From: Paragordius varius
Lineage: Eukaryota > Animalia > Nematomorpha
Assembly (NCBI GenBank): GCA_964247055.1
Contig: OZ176059.1
Coordinates: 1,674,001 to 1,738,000 of the forward strand
Reading direction: 5' to 3'
DNA length: 64,000 nucleotides
Shown here: positions 52,197 to 64,000 of the stretch, in pieces
Layout of the letters: every line of letters begins with the position of its first letter
How positions within the stretch are numbered: position 1 is the first letter of the stretch
Position numbers and translations under genes: made by a program
Notes under the pieces: generated by a model
Told to the model about the DNA's origin: nothing
The model's database searches: none
The model's input: the letters and a program-made list of their open reading frames with translations, nothing else

Positions 52197-54348
52197 CCTA
52201 TACCACACTTGCAATTTCTTCAAGCTTTTCTTCACCATATGATTTTTTATCACCTTCTGTTCAAGTTTTCTTGCTTGACTTAAGTGCCCTAATGTTAATT
52301 TTGTTTTATCACATGAACATGACTTGAAAAACTTGTAAGCCAAGTCAAAAAAATTTTTTTATCACCTCACCCATTATATTAAAGCTTTATTGAACCGGTA
52401 TAAAATCCTAAAAGCTATTATATAACCGTTACATTTAAGAATGCTTGACATTTCTATCACCTTACAAATTTAATTTGACTTCAATATTAGGTGATTTTTG
52501 TACAAAAACAATTTATAAATAATATTATTATGAAAATTAACGGATTTTTAATCGAAATTTTGAGGCGATAGAAACGTTTTGCATCGTATTATAAAAGTAT
52601 TTTTATAATAACTTAAAACGTTTTTACCCCATGCTTTAAATTACGATACGCTTCAACCAATTTTTCTAAAAATTGAATTTTTGAACAAAGAATACATTTT
52701 TAGTTCAAAAATATTTTTTTGATACTATAATCTAGCCTATATGAAATAATATATTGCAAAATTTGGCATTTTTGCGTTAGCCTATTTTAAAGAAGGGCGA
52801 ACATTTAAAACTGTCGGAGACCACATCTAAAAATTAAATAGACTTTCTACAACTATTCTGCTTTTTAAGTACATGATATATTTGGATGATATTTTTTGAA
52901 ATAAAATATAAAAAACTTTATATATATCATAATGTGCGTTAATTTTTCGATTTAACGATATCGTCCAATTACCAAATCAGTCTAAATAACTTTCATTTAG
53001 TCCTCGTAAAGAGAGACCTGAATCTAGCTATCAGAATATACATACTTGATCAGGATATTTTTACACCCCAATTATGTGTGCAGTCTAATTATATAGATAT
53101 CATAATATATGTCTTTTAATTTGAAAGGCGACTGATTTTATAAAAATAATTATGTTTTATTTAAGCCCAACGTAGTTTGGTTGTTTCAAGAAGTTTCTTG
53201 TGGATATATTTGAAAATAAAAACATATCTAGTTTTATTTCAGATTACACAATCACTTATGTACAGTAAAAATAGAAATTATACCAACAAAACGTAAAAAT
53301 ATAAAAACAGATATTTTTTGCAGACCATTTATATTTTTGAACTTGAATTATTTTATGTAACTCATTGTTTTAAATTGCAGAGTAAGTAGAGATGTATCAA
53401 TTATATATTTTCGTTTAATTAATGGATTTAAATAGCAAAAATTAAGGTTTAACAAAGTATGGATATCTTTTGGAAAAAAATATTAGTCTTTATTCGTTGT
53501 GTCTGAAATTTTAATGTAAATATGCATTAAGTTATAATTATATACAGACAAAAAGTAAAAACTTAAAAACAAATATTTTTTTATAAATTACACCATATGT
53601 TTTATTTTATTTTCATTTACTACATCGTTTTATAAGTTGCAAAATATGGAAAGTAGATATAAATTGATTACAAATTTCCTCGTATATTTCAATATATAAA
53701 TATATATATATAAAATATTCAAAAAGCAGTGATTTATTTATATAAAAAATTTTGTCGTTTAGTTTTGAGTTATGTCTGTATAATATCAAATAAAACTAAA
53801 ACAAGGGAGACTTTCCGTGCGACCCACGAAAAATTGGGAAATTCATCATTTGCAAGAAGCTTACAAAATCTTAATTTAGATAAATACAGTAAAAACTGTA
53901 ATTATACGGACAAAAATTAAAAATATAAAGACAAATATTTTTTTTTAAAAGACAACCAATAATTTTCACATTAATTATATAATTACAATTGTAAAATTAC
54001 ATATCAATTTTATACTTTGCAATTTCAAACAATGAGTTATCTCTTTATAAAAATGAAGTTTAAATAAGCATGGTTATTGGAAAAAAACATATGTCTACAA
54101 TTCTAAGTTTTGTCCGTATAAATCAATTTTTATTGTATGTCTTAAACAATATTTTTAATTAATCTATCCAATTGATTGGCAAAGAAGTAAAAAAAATTGT
54201 TATATTGTGTTCAGTATTATGTTTATAATTTAATATTATGTTTAAAATAAATAATTTATAAAAACCCATATATAATTGCGAATATGCTGCCCGCTAAGTC
54301 ATTTGTGTTGGACACCCCTGGACTAATTATGATTTTTCTAATGATTTA

Positions 54349-54637
54349 CAGTTAAAATTGGAATCATACATACAAAACGTTAAAATATAGAGAGAAATAT
54401 TTTTTTCTAAAAGGCAACCATGCTATTTAAATTTTGAATTATTTTTATATATCTGATTATTTAAAACTGCAAATTGTATAATGGATAGTGTTACCAATAA
54501 ACATCTCTATCTCATACTTTAAAGTTTTTAACAATGAGTTAAATTTTGAAAAATTAAGGTTTCAAAAAGTATGGTTATCTTTTGGAAAAAAATTGTCTTT
54601 ATATTTTTATGTTTTGTCCGTATAATTTCAGTTACTG
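54349..54637. mobile_element. MITE family B
   Basis: ta|CAGTTAAAATTGGAATCATACATACAAAACG ... TTTTGTCCGTATAATTTCAGTTACTG|ta. Confidence 0.75.
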
Positions 54638-55081
54638 TAATATCTTATATATCAAAATTTTGGTTCAAAAAAGGCGTTGGTTTTTATTTGTATTTATATC
54701 CTTATTATAATAAAAATATAAGGAAACCTAAAAAGCAATAAAATTTAAAATCAAGGACTAATGCTCATTAGTTCAACTTATTTGAAATTTACGAAAAATC
54801 TAGCTAATTAATAAAAAATAAGTGTTGTCTTTAAGTACAAAGTATCAAGTTTGGTAGGAAAAATGTTGAATTTAAATGAAAAAAAGGGTATTTATACGAA
54901 AAACACCAAAATATGAATAATATAACATTTATTAAGGGTAATACATGTAACAGATGTGGGCGAAATATATAAACGTACACTTTTAAATATTACAAACCTG
55001 AAAAAGAAGAACAAAAAAAGAAATTATTTTTAAACAAAATTAATGATAAAAGTAAGCATTAAAACAATCTGATACGATAAA

Positions 55082-55307
55082 CAGTCATGTATCCTTTATT
55101 TTAGCAAAAATTTATATTTTTTTCGTTAAATGGGTATAACTATTTGGTAAAGAATGGCAAAAACAAGAGCTCTATTTAACAATATCATATATTCATCAAA
55201 AGTATAAGATTACTATAGAGCTCTTGTTTTTTCCAATCTTTACCAATTATTTATCTCATTTAACGAAAAAAATATAAATTTTTGCTAAAATAAGGGATAC
55301 ATGACTG
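55082..55307. mobile_element. MITE family C
   Basis: CAGTCATGTATCC ... GGATACATGACTG|ta (left flank is AA rather than TA). Confidence 0.8.
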
Positions 55308-55538
55308 TAATATATCTATAATTTATAACTATTGAATATATGGTGGTGAGTGCGCGAACATATATATACGGATATTCAAACAAAAACATGTATGGAAAAA
55401 CAATTATATTGTAATGTAAAATAAATATGGTAGAATTATATAATTCTTTTAAAGTCAAAAAAAAGATTTAACATGTTTAAGATTATAATAGGAATAAAAT
55501 AGCAGAAAAGGGATATTAGTTTCATATTAACTTTAAAA

Positions 55539-55755
55539 CAGTGGTATACCCGACCCAGAAAATGGGCTTCATAAAAGCATTTATAACAGAAATTAGATCT
55601 GAGACTTTAATTTGAAAACAGAATAAAGATTAGCATTTTTTAAAGCTTTGAATAAGAGGAATCGATGGCCGTACAAAATTAGCTTAAATGATTTTTAGGG
55701 GGGCATAAAATATTTTGACAAGGGGCGCCTTGACAAAAAAGGTTGGAGACCACTG
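55539..55755. mobile_element. hAT MITE
   Basis: CAGTGGT ... ACCACTG with perfect 8-bp TSD CTTTAAAA. Confidence 0.8.
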
Positions 55756-56297
55756 CTTTAAAAAGTATTTAAAGACTGATTTGTGGTATCATCAAGAAAT
55801 TAATGAATTGGTTTAATTAAAACATATGTAATATATAACAAGCAAAATATAATTTTATCTATATAACAATAATAAGAATAATTTGTTCAATTCAAGAATA
55901 ATAAAATATGGGTAACGGTATAATTTTGACGAAAAAAAACATAAAGAATCATTAGGGTTATGAAAAATAAGCCGGAAACAAAAGGTATTTATAAAAAGTT
56001 AACATTTGGATAAGATAGGATAACGGATCCTAACTAACCATATAATGTTATAAGTAATAATATATCTAACACGTAATAAAAACGAAATGGATTCATGTAT
56101 ATATATGCAACAAAGAAATAAACTAAGAGGTTATACCAGGCTAACAAAAATAAATTGAATACATTTGTATTTTATCAAAAAACCATTTCTTTTATCAAAG
56201 CTCTCCCTTTAACGATATAGAGGCGGTCGACCAACAGTATTTTATAGGATTAAAGGCTATTTATAATCAGTATTTTTAAGACAATTTCTGGTCATAT

Positions 56298-57472
56298 TCA
56301 TTTATAATTAGTTTTGGGGCTTGACAGTTTCTTAGTTTTACCATGAGTGCTTGTGGTTAGAAAAGATGTGCAAGGAGTAACGGTACTGCTTGCACATGTT
56401 TTCGTTACCGCAAGCGTGGTTGTAGGACGATGTATTAGGGCATCATTCACGAATGCCAATACATTGTCGTACGGAGACCAGTATTGAGGCTGGTAAAACG
56501 CTAAACTCCGAAGGGGTATATCCAACGTTTCAGCCATCTCATCCGTCGTGTAAGATGGGGCACAACATGTGCTATTAATAGATGTACTAGTTTGAGTATT
56601 TGTTTTGTTAGCGGATCTAACATTCTTATGGCTCAGAGTGGTACTCAATGTATTACCTCCTAATGTAGATGTTCCCGTAAATACAATTTTTCCAGCTTTG
56701 GGTAAAACAAATGTCGAATTCGTGTTATTACTACCGGTGCTAACGGGATAACGCAGTTGCGGAACAGATGGCATCGCCAAATTTGTCAACGTTTTGTTTG
56801 TCGTGTCATATAAAAATGTGCTATGGTAGTTAGAATTAGGGTAAGATTTGTTCGCTCCTGGTAACAATGGAATTGTGTGTAAGGAAGAAAGTTTTGCGGG
56901 TGGTTTATTTTCATTCATAATATTGTGGTGACTATTGTAATAGGGATAATAATTATATGATGATGACGCAGTTGTTGAAGGCGGAAATAGCGTAGCGTTT
57001 TGTTGCAATTGTTGCTGTTGTTTTTGTTGTAAAATCATGTAATTATGTTGCCAATGTTGGGTAAGTCGTGACAGGGTGGGATGTTCAAAGGGATGATGGG
57101 CTTGGACCGAAGAAACTAAACCGTCAACAGGATTATTAGTGGTTAAAACGATGTCACTCCTCGTGGTGCTCATACTATTAAAGGGTAATGGGAAGTAGGT
57201 GCTATTACCATAAGAAAAACTCGGTGGAGACGAATTTGGATTCGAGATATTTGTTGAAGTGCTATTGCTGGTTGTTGTTGTTGTCAGACTAAAACACGCT
57301 AGGGCACTCAAAACGTTGGCATCCTGTGTAACAGGACATGAACCATTATTGTAACGATAAACGTAAACGCGAAAATCTTTGCTAGCAACAACGACAGAAT
57401 CCTCGGCTAGTATGGCGACATCAAAGCACTGTGCATGTTTGACTTTGCTCTCCAATGCATCCAACAAATTAC
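56298..57472 (-). CDS. brat: Brat-type TRIM-NHL protein, exon 2 (last NHL blade plus long low-complexity tail)
   Basis: Acceptor tgttag|GT; LLDALESKVKHAQCFDVAILAEDSVVVASKDFRVYVYRY matches the Brat C-terminal blade; the frame stays open to TGA at 56298. Confidence 0.9.
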
Positions 57473-57828
57473 CTAACATTAGTAAAAAAATAAATACATT
57501 GACACAAAGGAGAGAAAGAAAACGGTGAACGCATGGCAAAATTTGATAAATCAATTTTAATCACGATTTTTAAGCGAATTAATACAAAAAATTTGTCAAA
57601 TGAATATGCATTTGAATCAGTTTTCGTGTTATACCATTATGATGAAAAGGATTTTAATTATGATTAACAAATGATAAAGTAATATGGGGGCTTTATTGTG
57701 ACTTATGGCATATAATTATTGACTAAAACGAAATTCAATAAGTCAATATAAAGTAATTATTAACAATTTAATTTAAACCGCGTAAGTTTTAAACCCTAAA
57801 TTAATAAGAAAAAAAATATTAATTTTAC

Positions 57829-60448
57829 CTTGTTGATCAAATATTGTGAGATTGAAATTATTGTGATTATCAGCAACTATTAGACGACCCGTATAGTACT
57901 CAATGCCAACTCCTATGGGGTAATTAGTAAGTCCTGGTGCACCAATTTGTCGCAAATATTGGCCAGTGTAATCAAACACTTTAACACTGTGGGCCCGATT
58001 ATCACTGATAAAAATCTCCTGTTTATTGTTGACTGCCAAACCGTTTGGGAATTCAAGGTGTTTAGAGCAACCAAATTTGTGCACAACATCCCCTGTCCTG
58101 CTATCAAATATAACCACTCGCATCACCTTGCATTCCACAATGACAACTTTGGCATCATCGTCAACCGCTACGCCCCGCGGATGTTGCAAGATATCGGCCC
58201 CAAATTTCCGAACAAATTGGCCCGTTTTGGTGAAAATTTGGATTTGATGGGTTGGACTTCGTTCTGTAACGACAATATCACCGCTAGCTCGAACCGTCGC
58301 CACACGATTAGGGTAAAGTAATTGGCCATCACGTTTCCCACACTCACCAAACTGGTACTTAAAACGGCCTTCACGGTCAAAAATTTGGATTCTATGGTTA
58401 TTAGTATCAGCAACGATAATGTCACCTTGTGCGTTAACTGTTACACCACTAGGCTCTGTAAATTGACCATCAAGCAATCCAAACTCCCCAAATTTGCTGT
58501 GATAAATCATTTTTCTACGTTTAATTTGAACATTTGGAGGTTTAACATCAACATCCAGGTTGTTGGTACAATAGGCATCGCCCTCCACTGTAGCCGCATT
58601 TTTTAAGCTGTTAGATGGGTTATCAAGGTTAGCTGAAAGGGATGGTGGGAGAAAACAAAAATTTTCACCATTAAATATCGGTGGATTGGGATACGCATTT
58701 AACATTGCTAAAGTATCGCTTTTTATCAGTTGATCACCCAAAATAGTTGAGGGAGAACACACTTTTATATTACCAGTAGTGTGGTCTTGACTATTGAAAG
58801 AAGTTGTACCATTTAATAAGCAGTTCCTTTTAGCATCATTACTTAACTCGAGCGTGATCCCATACGTTGACGAATCATTATTTTGTATCCAAAATTTTTG
58901 TAGCAAACGATCATGCCGTGACGTCTCAAAACACATGTTATCTTTAACATGTCCAAAGGCATTCTTAACAACATTCGGTATGGCTGGTGAATAGGTTATA
59001 AATTCAATATCATAATTTAGTATATGTTGGGCAACAAGATCAGGTGATACATAAAGAATCCAAGCTACATCAGAAGTAAGAAGAGGTTTAAGCTTTTCCA
59101 TAGCTTCATTCATCATATCCTCGTTCTTGCCATTAACATCATGATTGTTAAGAGATAAGTTTGTGGTTCCATTATTGTTGTTGGTAGAAGTAACATTATT
59201 TATTTCAACTGAATTTAGCGATGATTTGCCAACATAGTGTACAAAGTCTTTAGACCGCTTCGAGAGTTCACGCAACTTTTGACTGATTTGGGCCAGCTTT
59301 GCATGCTTTGTCACATAAGATGATTCAATCTCCTTCAACACATCACTCTTCCGGGCTTCAATGGCATTGTGAAAACTCATAGTGGCATCCCCAACATCCC
59401 TTTTAGCTTGTAGGTATTGACCATTCAATTGATTTGTCGTTTTCTCCACATTTTTCAAAATGATATCATACTCAAGCAGACGGTTATTGATAACGTCAAT
59501 GGCTGCCTTAGATTTATCGTCTGAGCTACTAATATTATTACCTATTGTGTTAATTATTACATCATTTGTTGAATTTGATGAATTGATATTGTGATCTTTG
59601 TTAACATAACCGCCGTTTGAAATGAGTGATGACACCTCGGTATTCAAGGTTTGTTGTTGTTTTACGGTAGGATTATTTGGTAAAGATGGCACGTTTAAGG
59701 CGATACCGTCATGACCTGCTCGTAAATGTTCGTTAGCAAAACAGAGTGGACACTCTATGACAATGTTACAAGTATTACAATAATGCCTATAGGATTCATT
59801 TTGTACTGGGTGCTTTGGACATTTGCCCGTTGGTGGCGTGCTAAATTGCGATGATGATACTTTTTCAAGTTTTTCAGCATCGTTTGAGGTAATAATGTTA
59901 TTATCTAGGGAAGTTGATGATATACCATCAGTACTTATATTATCATCCATATCATGATGAGGAAAATCGCTATTGTGTGGCCTATTATTGCCGTTGTAAA
60001 AAAAGGATTGCCATAGTGCTTTAGTCATTAAGGCTTGAAAACCACCCTTCTCCGTAAATATGGGAGTTGTTTGATGACAAATTGGACAAATGATTAAGGA
60101 TGATTTATTATTATTATGGCCAATAAAAAAATCTTGTGGGCCAGATGAGTGTGCTTCAAGGCAAATCGAGCATAATTGATGAAAACAAGATAGTATACGA
60201 ATATGATTTGGATCGGTTTCTAAAGAGCTATTTTCTTCAACATTACAACCTGGACATTTCCATTTAGTGGCGATGATTTGATGGTCTGCCAACTTTTCAC
60301 CGTTATTTTTAACATAATCGTAAAAATCTTCAGTTTTACCTAATATATATAACATAAACTGTATACTTGTCGAATTAGCTAAGCTGTTAATAGTGTCTCC
60401 ACACCAAAGAAGCAACTTGCTGTTTGAATTAATGGCACTGGAGGTCAT
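57829..60448 (-). CDS. brat: Brat-type TRIM-NHL protein, exon 1 (RING, B-box, coiled coil, NHL repeats)
   Basis: KRRKMIYHSKFGEFGLLDGQFTEPSGV...VTERSPTHQIQIF...VECKVMRVVIF...ADNHNNFNLTIF is Brat/NCL-1-specific. Donor CAAG|gtaaaa at 57828 and a 356-nt intron give a 1264-aa spliced product. Confidence 0.93.
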
Positions 60449-63400
60449 ACTTGATTATAATAGAAATAGATGCTTTATAATGATAAAAATAAAGAAAACG
60501 GAAAACAATTAAACGAGTAACATTTTAAACGGGTAACAAAAATGCACAGGGAAGTAATCAAATCACACCATAAAAACTAATTTTTTGAATAATTCATTTC
60601 AGCACAATATGTATGGTTGTCTCGTTTGAGCACAACTGTTTTTAATAATTTAAACTTGTTATTCCGCAACATGAAACATCTAAAATTTTGGCACAGGATT
60701 TATTTAACACTAGGCCATAAATATAACATAAGATATTTTGCTTTGATCTCGTCTTTAATAATTGGTTTACTACCAATCTATAGTAAACTAAAATTTAATA
60801 TATTTAACATTTTATCACCGGGTAGTTTAATATCCTATAGCGATTTGAAAATTTGAATATCTTTGTGTTTAAGGTATTAAGCCGAATAAAATATACTCTC
60901 TTTGGTTTTTTCGGCGCATTATGAGAAGTTTTTTAAAAAATGTAAATTTGTAAAAATACCCTCATCTCAAACTTTTTTGCCGCAATTTTCTTCCATAAAT
61001 TTTTTTGAATCGTTATTACAACCAGCCAATGTATATTATGGTTTAAATGTAAACAATTAATACAGCAAACATATATCTTGATTTTAATATCTGCTATTCG
61101 TTTTAATTTTGGAGGTGTCCCAATTTCATACTACACAAGTCAAAAAACTGTAAATATATATACATTTAATATATGCTTGATAATTGAATTTTAACGAAAA
61201 TAACTCTTAAAAACTATATTTTATTTATAAAACTGAGCTCTAGGTACCCCAAAAAGTAAATTAAAACAAAAAGAGAATAGGTAATAAATTTTCTAATTTT
61301 AAATGTCGGTTCCAAAAGTTAAAAAGTTTTAAATCTGTGTGAAAATAATTCCATATAAATAAAGGCGAAGGATGCGAGATTAGAATCGGGGGTTGATGAA
61401 AAAAGTATTCTGATAGAAAGATTTCTTCAAAGCTATGTGGTTTTGTTTTGGCCCTTAGTGATATAAGATTTTATACAAATTTGTGCCAAGTGCTCCATAT
61501 CAGAAAACGGCGAAATTTGACCACATTTTAGTTCTAAAATTTTTTGATGAAACAATGCTCCATTCCGAAAAACATCACAAAAATATATTTTATAAAAGCA
61601 AAACAATATAAGTGTTTTAGTTTTTAGATGTAAACTCCGAAAGTCACGCAAAAATGCCGGAATTTTGCGTTAAAATTTTTATATAATGCTAAATTTTGGC
61701 ATTAAAACCTATTTTTTTAAAATTCAATAATTTTAGAAAAATTGAATTATTATATAAATTTTGTTGGAGCACACTTCCTCCTATTTTTGGGGATGATCAA
61801 AATTCTATAAAATCGCTCAAAAACATTTTTTCTATGATGTGATGATGCACAATTATTTTTCATTCAAATATTCGGTTGCCCCTAAATCTATGTCAAATAT
61901 AAATTGTGTTTTAATAAAAATTTGAACAAAATTGGAAGTAAACGAATATTTATAAAATTCTAAAGCGATCGAAAGGTTCAAAATCACCAAATATAGAAAA
62001 AATGTTTTTACAATATCTCAAATCTTTTTATACCGTTTCCATCATACCTAAAAAAAGGATTATTTTCGCTTCAACAAAATTTTGATAAAAACTAAATTTT
62101 TATAAAAAGTATGCATTTTTTAAAATTTATTTTTTATCGTGCAATAAGACATTTTTTTATCAAAAAAATTTTTCCGTTTAAGAAGAGCAAAAAAATTAGG
62201 ACTTTCGGATCCCACATCTAAAACGTAAAATTTTTAAAGCGTTTTGCTTTTGATAAAATATATTTTATTGTTATTTTTCAGAATGAACATTCTTTCATCA
62301 TAAAATTTTATTAATAAAATGGGGTAAAATTATGTTGTTTTCTGATATTAAGCGATTACCACAAAATTGTAATAACTTTCTTATATCACTCGTAAGCCCC
62401 AAAAATAAAATAATCATAAGATTCCTGATACATTTTTCTATCGTAATATATAAATCATCATGAAATTTGTACACTGAATATTTGCTAAATATTGACATCA
62501 GAAAAATTTCCCAAAAATTTAATAAAAAATATACAGTGCAGAGTCTCTTTTTACCTTTATTATTAAACGGTATGGACTTATATAATTAAACATGTAAATT
62601 CAACACCTTTTTACCGAAAAATGAATGTACTGCTTCAACATAAATTTGAAGGTGAATGAATTGATTATCATAGTATTTATGAAAATTGTTATAATATTTT
62701 AAGATTTTTTACGGTTTCAATCATGCCTCAAAACAGTATAAATTACGCTTTAACAGAATTTGGCAAAATTCGATTATCGAATATGTATTATTTGAAAAAT
62801 TATGTTATTATAGAGTGTTATTGCCTCATCATTTTCGCCTTAAATGGCGAAAAAAATTGGGGCTTTCGAAGACAAGATGTAAAAAAATATTTTGCATTTT
62901 TTTCTATTTAGGATACATAGTCATATTTATTTAATTAAAGCATTTGGCTTATATAAAAAAATATTTTAAACAATATAGCGACTTTCACTTGTTATATGGA
63001 TTAGCACAAAAGTGTATAGCTTTTTTATATCACTCGTAAAGGCCAAAACTATGACACCATGATGAATCTGACACATTTTACAACCAGAATATATAAAATT
63101 TAACAGAGTATTTTATACTCCCCGTTGAAGGCAGTGTAATATGCGCTTGTTTTGTATTTAACGAAATTGAGGATTTACCACAAAATTATTCCAATAAGAA
63201 AATGTATCAGGATTATCATGGCCTTACATTTTTAAGAAAGTTATTTATACTTATGTGGTCAGTTCTCCAAATCAAAAAATGACAAAATTTGCGCACATTT
63301 AGAAATATAATTTTTTTTGTTGAAAGCTAAATACTTATTATCATAAACTGCTTATAAGAGAAGACAATATTTTTAAAAATATTATAATTTTTATATTTGG

Positions 63401-64000
63401 GCTCCGAGAGTCCTGAATTTTTTTGCTCTTCTAAAATGGTGGATCACGTAAATTAAACGCAAAAATGCCGGGATCGAGTGTGAAAAATTTAACTATATAC
63501 AAAATTTTGAAATTAATAAAAATATTTTTTGAAAATGCATACATTTTACAAAAATTTATTTTTTGGCAAAATTTTGTTAAACAATATTCTTGATGCATGG
63601 AAGATACGGTTAAAACCCTAAAGATATTATAAAAAACTATTTCTATATAATTTAATGATGCTGAAAATTTCTATCGCTTCAGAATTTTAACACTTGGAAA
63701 CAACATCAGTGTCCTTCTATACAAATTGGGGTATTGGCTACGCCAGGCCTGTTTACAAATACTTTAAAAAGTGTCAAAGAAATCACACCATGGCTATTTT
63801 TTCACTTACATAACATTATTAAACCGAAATAAATAAAAATATTTATTCACGCGTCAACGTGACATGTGTGGAATGGTATATTTATAAATAATGCAAAAAA
63901 ACCGCTTTTTCTATTTCGTTTATTTGATTCAAATTGGGGTATCTAAATACCCCAGACTAAATTTGAGTTAAGATTTTTAAGAAAGTACTGAAAACGGTCC

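Larger units (their letters stand above)
46472..52372. mobile_element. PIF/Harbinger transposon (~3.45 kb once the nested hAT is removed)
   Basis: TIR GGGTG(G/A)GGTGATAAAAAA at both ends and 3-bp TSD ATT. Encodes convergent DDE transposase and Myb/SANT-like genes, the standard Harbinger layout. Confidence 0.88.

Noticed and set aside
57773-57828. End of the 891-aa ORF (KINIFFLINLGFKTYAV)
   Set aside because: Read-through into the intron; likewise the first ~27 codons of the 418-aa ORF are intronic.
57913-58994. Several short overlapping ORFs within brat and similarly within fz
   Set aside because: Shadows of GC-richer coding sequence.

Overview
Very AT-rich eukaryotic (animal, probably protostome) genomic DNA, dense in transposon debris; the taxon cannot be determined from the window. 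I reconstructed five host genes by hand, all on the minus strand: (1) an orphan gene of at least two exons (4810-6594); (2) a GRIP-domain coiled-coil golgin resembling GCC2/GCC185, with 9 phase-consistent exons (22707-32958) of which only fragments appear in the ORF track; (3) ribosomal protein S18 (5 exons, 39119-45777), absent from the ORF track; (4) an intronless Frizzled-1/2/7-type receptor (40117-42834); (5) a Brat/NCL-1-type TRIM-NHL gene (56298-60448). Two observations stand out. The whole frizzled ORF lies on the same strand inside a 6-kb intron of RPS18. RPS18 also contains a 23-nt GT-AG intron that protein conservation forces, and a probable 26-nt intron occurs in the golgin gene, so ultra-short introns coexist with kb-size ones. 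Mobile elements include a mariner remnant, a complete non-autonomous Helitron and a related RepHel-bearing Helitron with an internal ~160-bp array, two hAT (Blackjack-like) elements with 8-bp TSDs (one carries an inverted copy of transposase sequence, one is nested in a Harbinger), an RTE LINE fragment and several MITE families. All exon models and family names come from manual reading and recalled consensus sequences; no database search was run.
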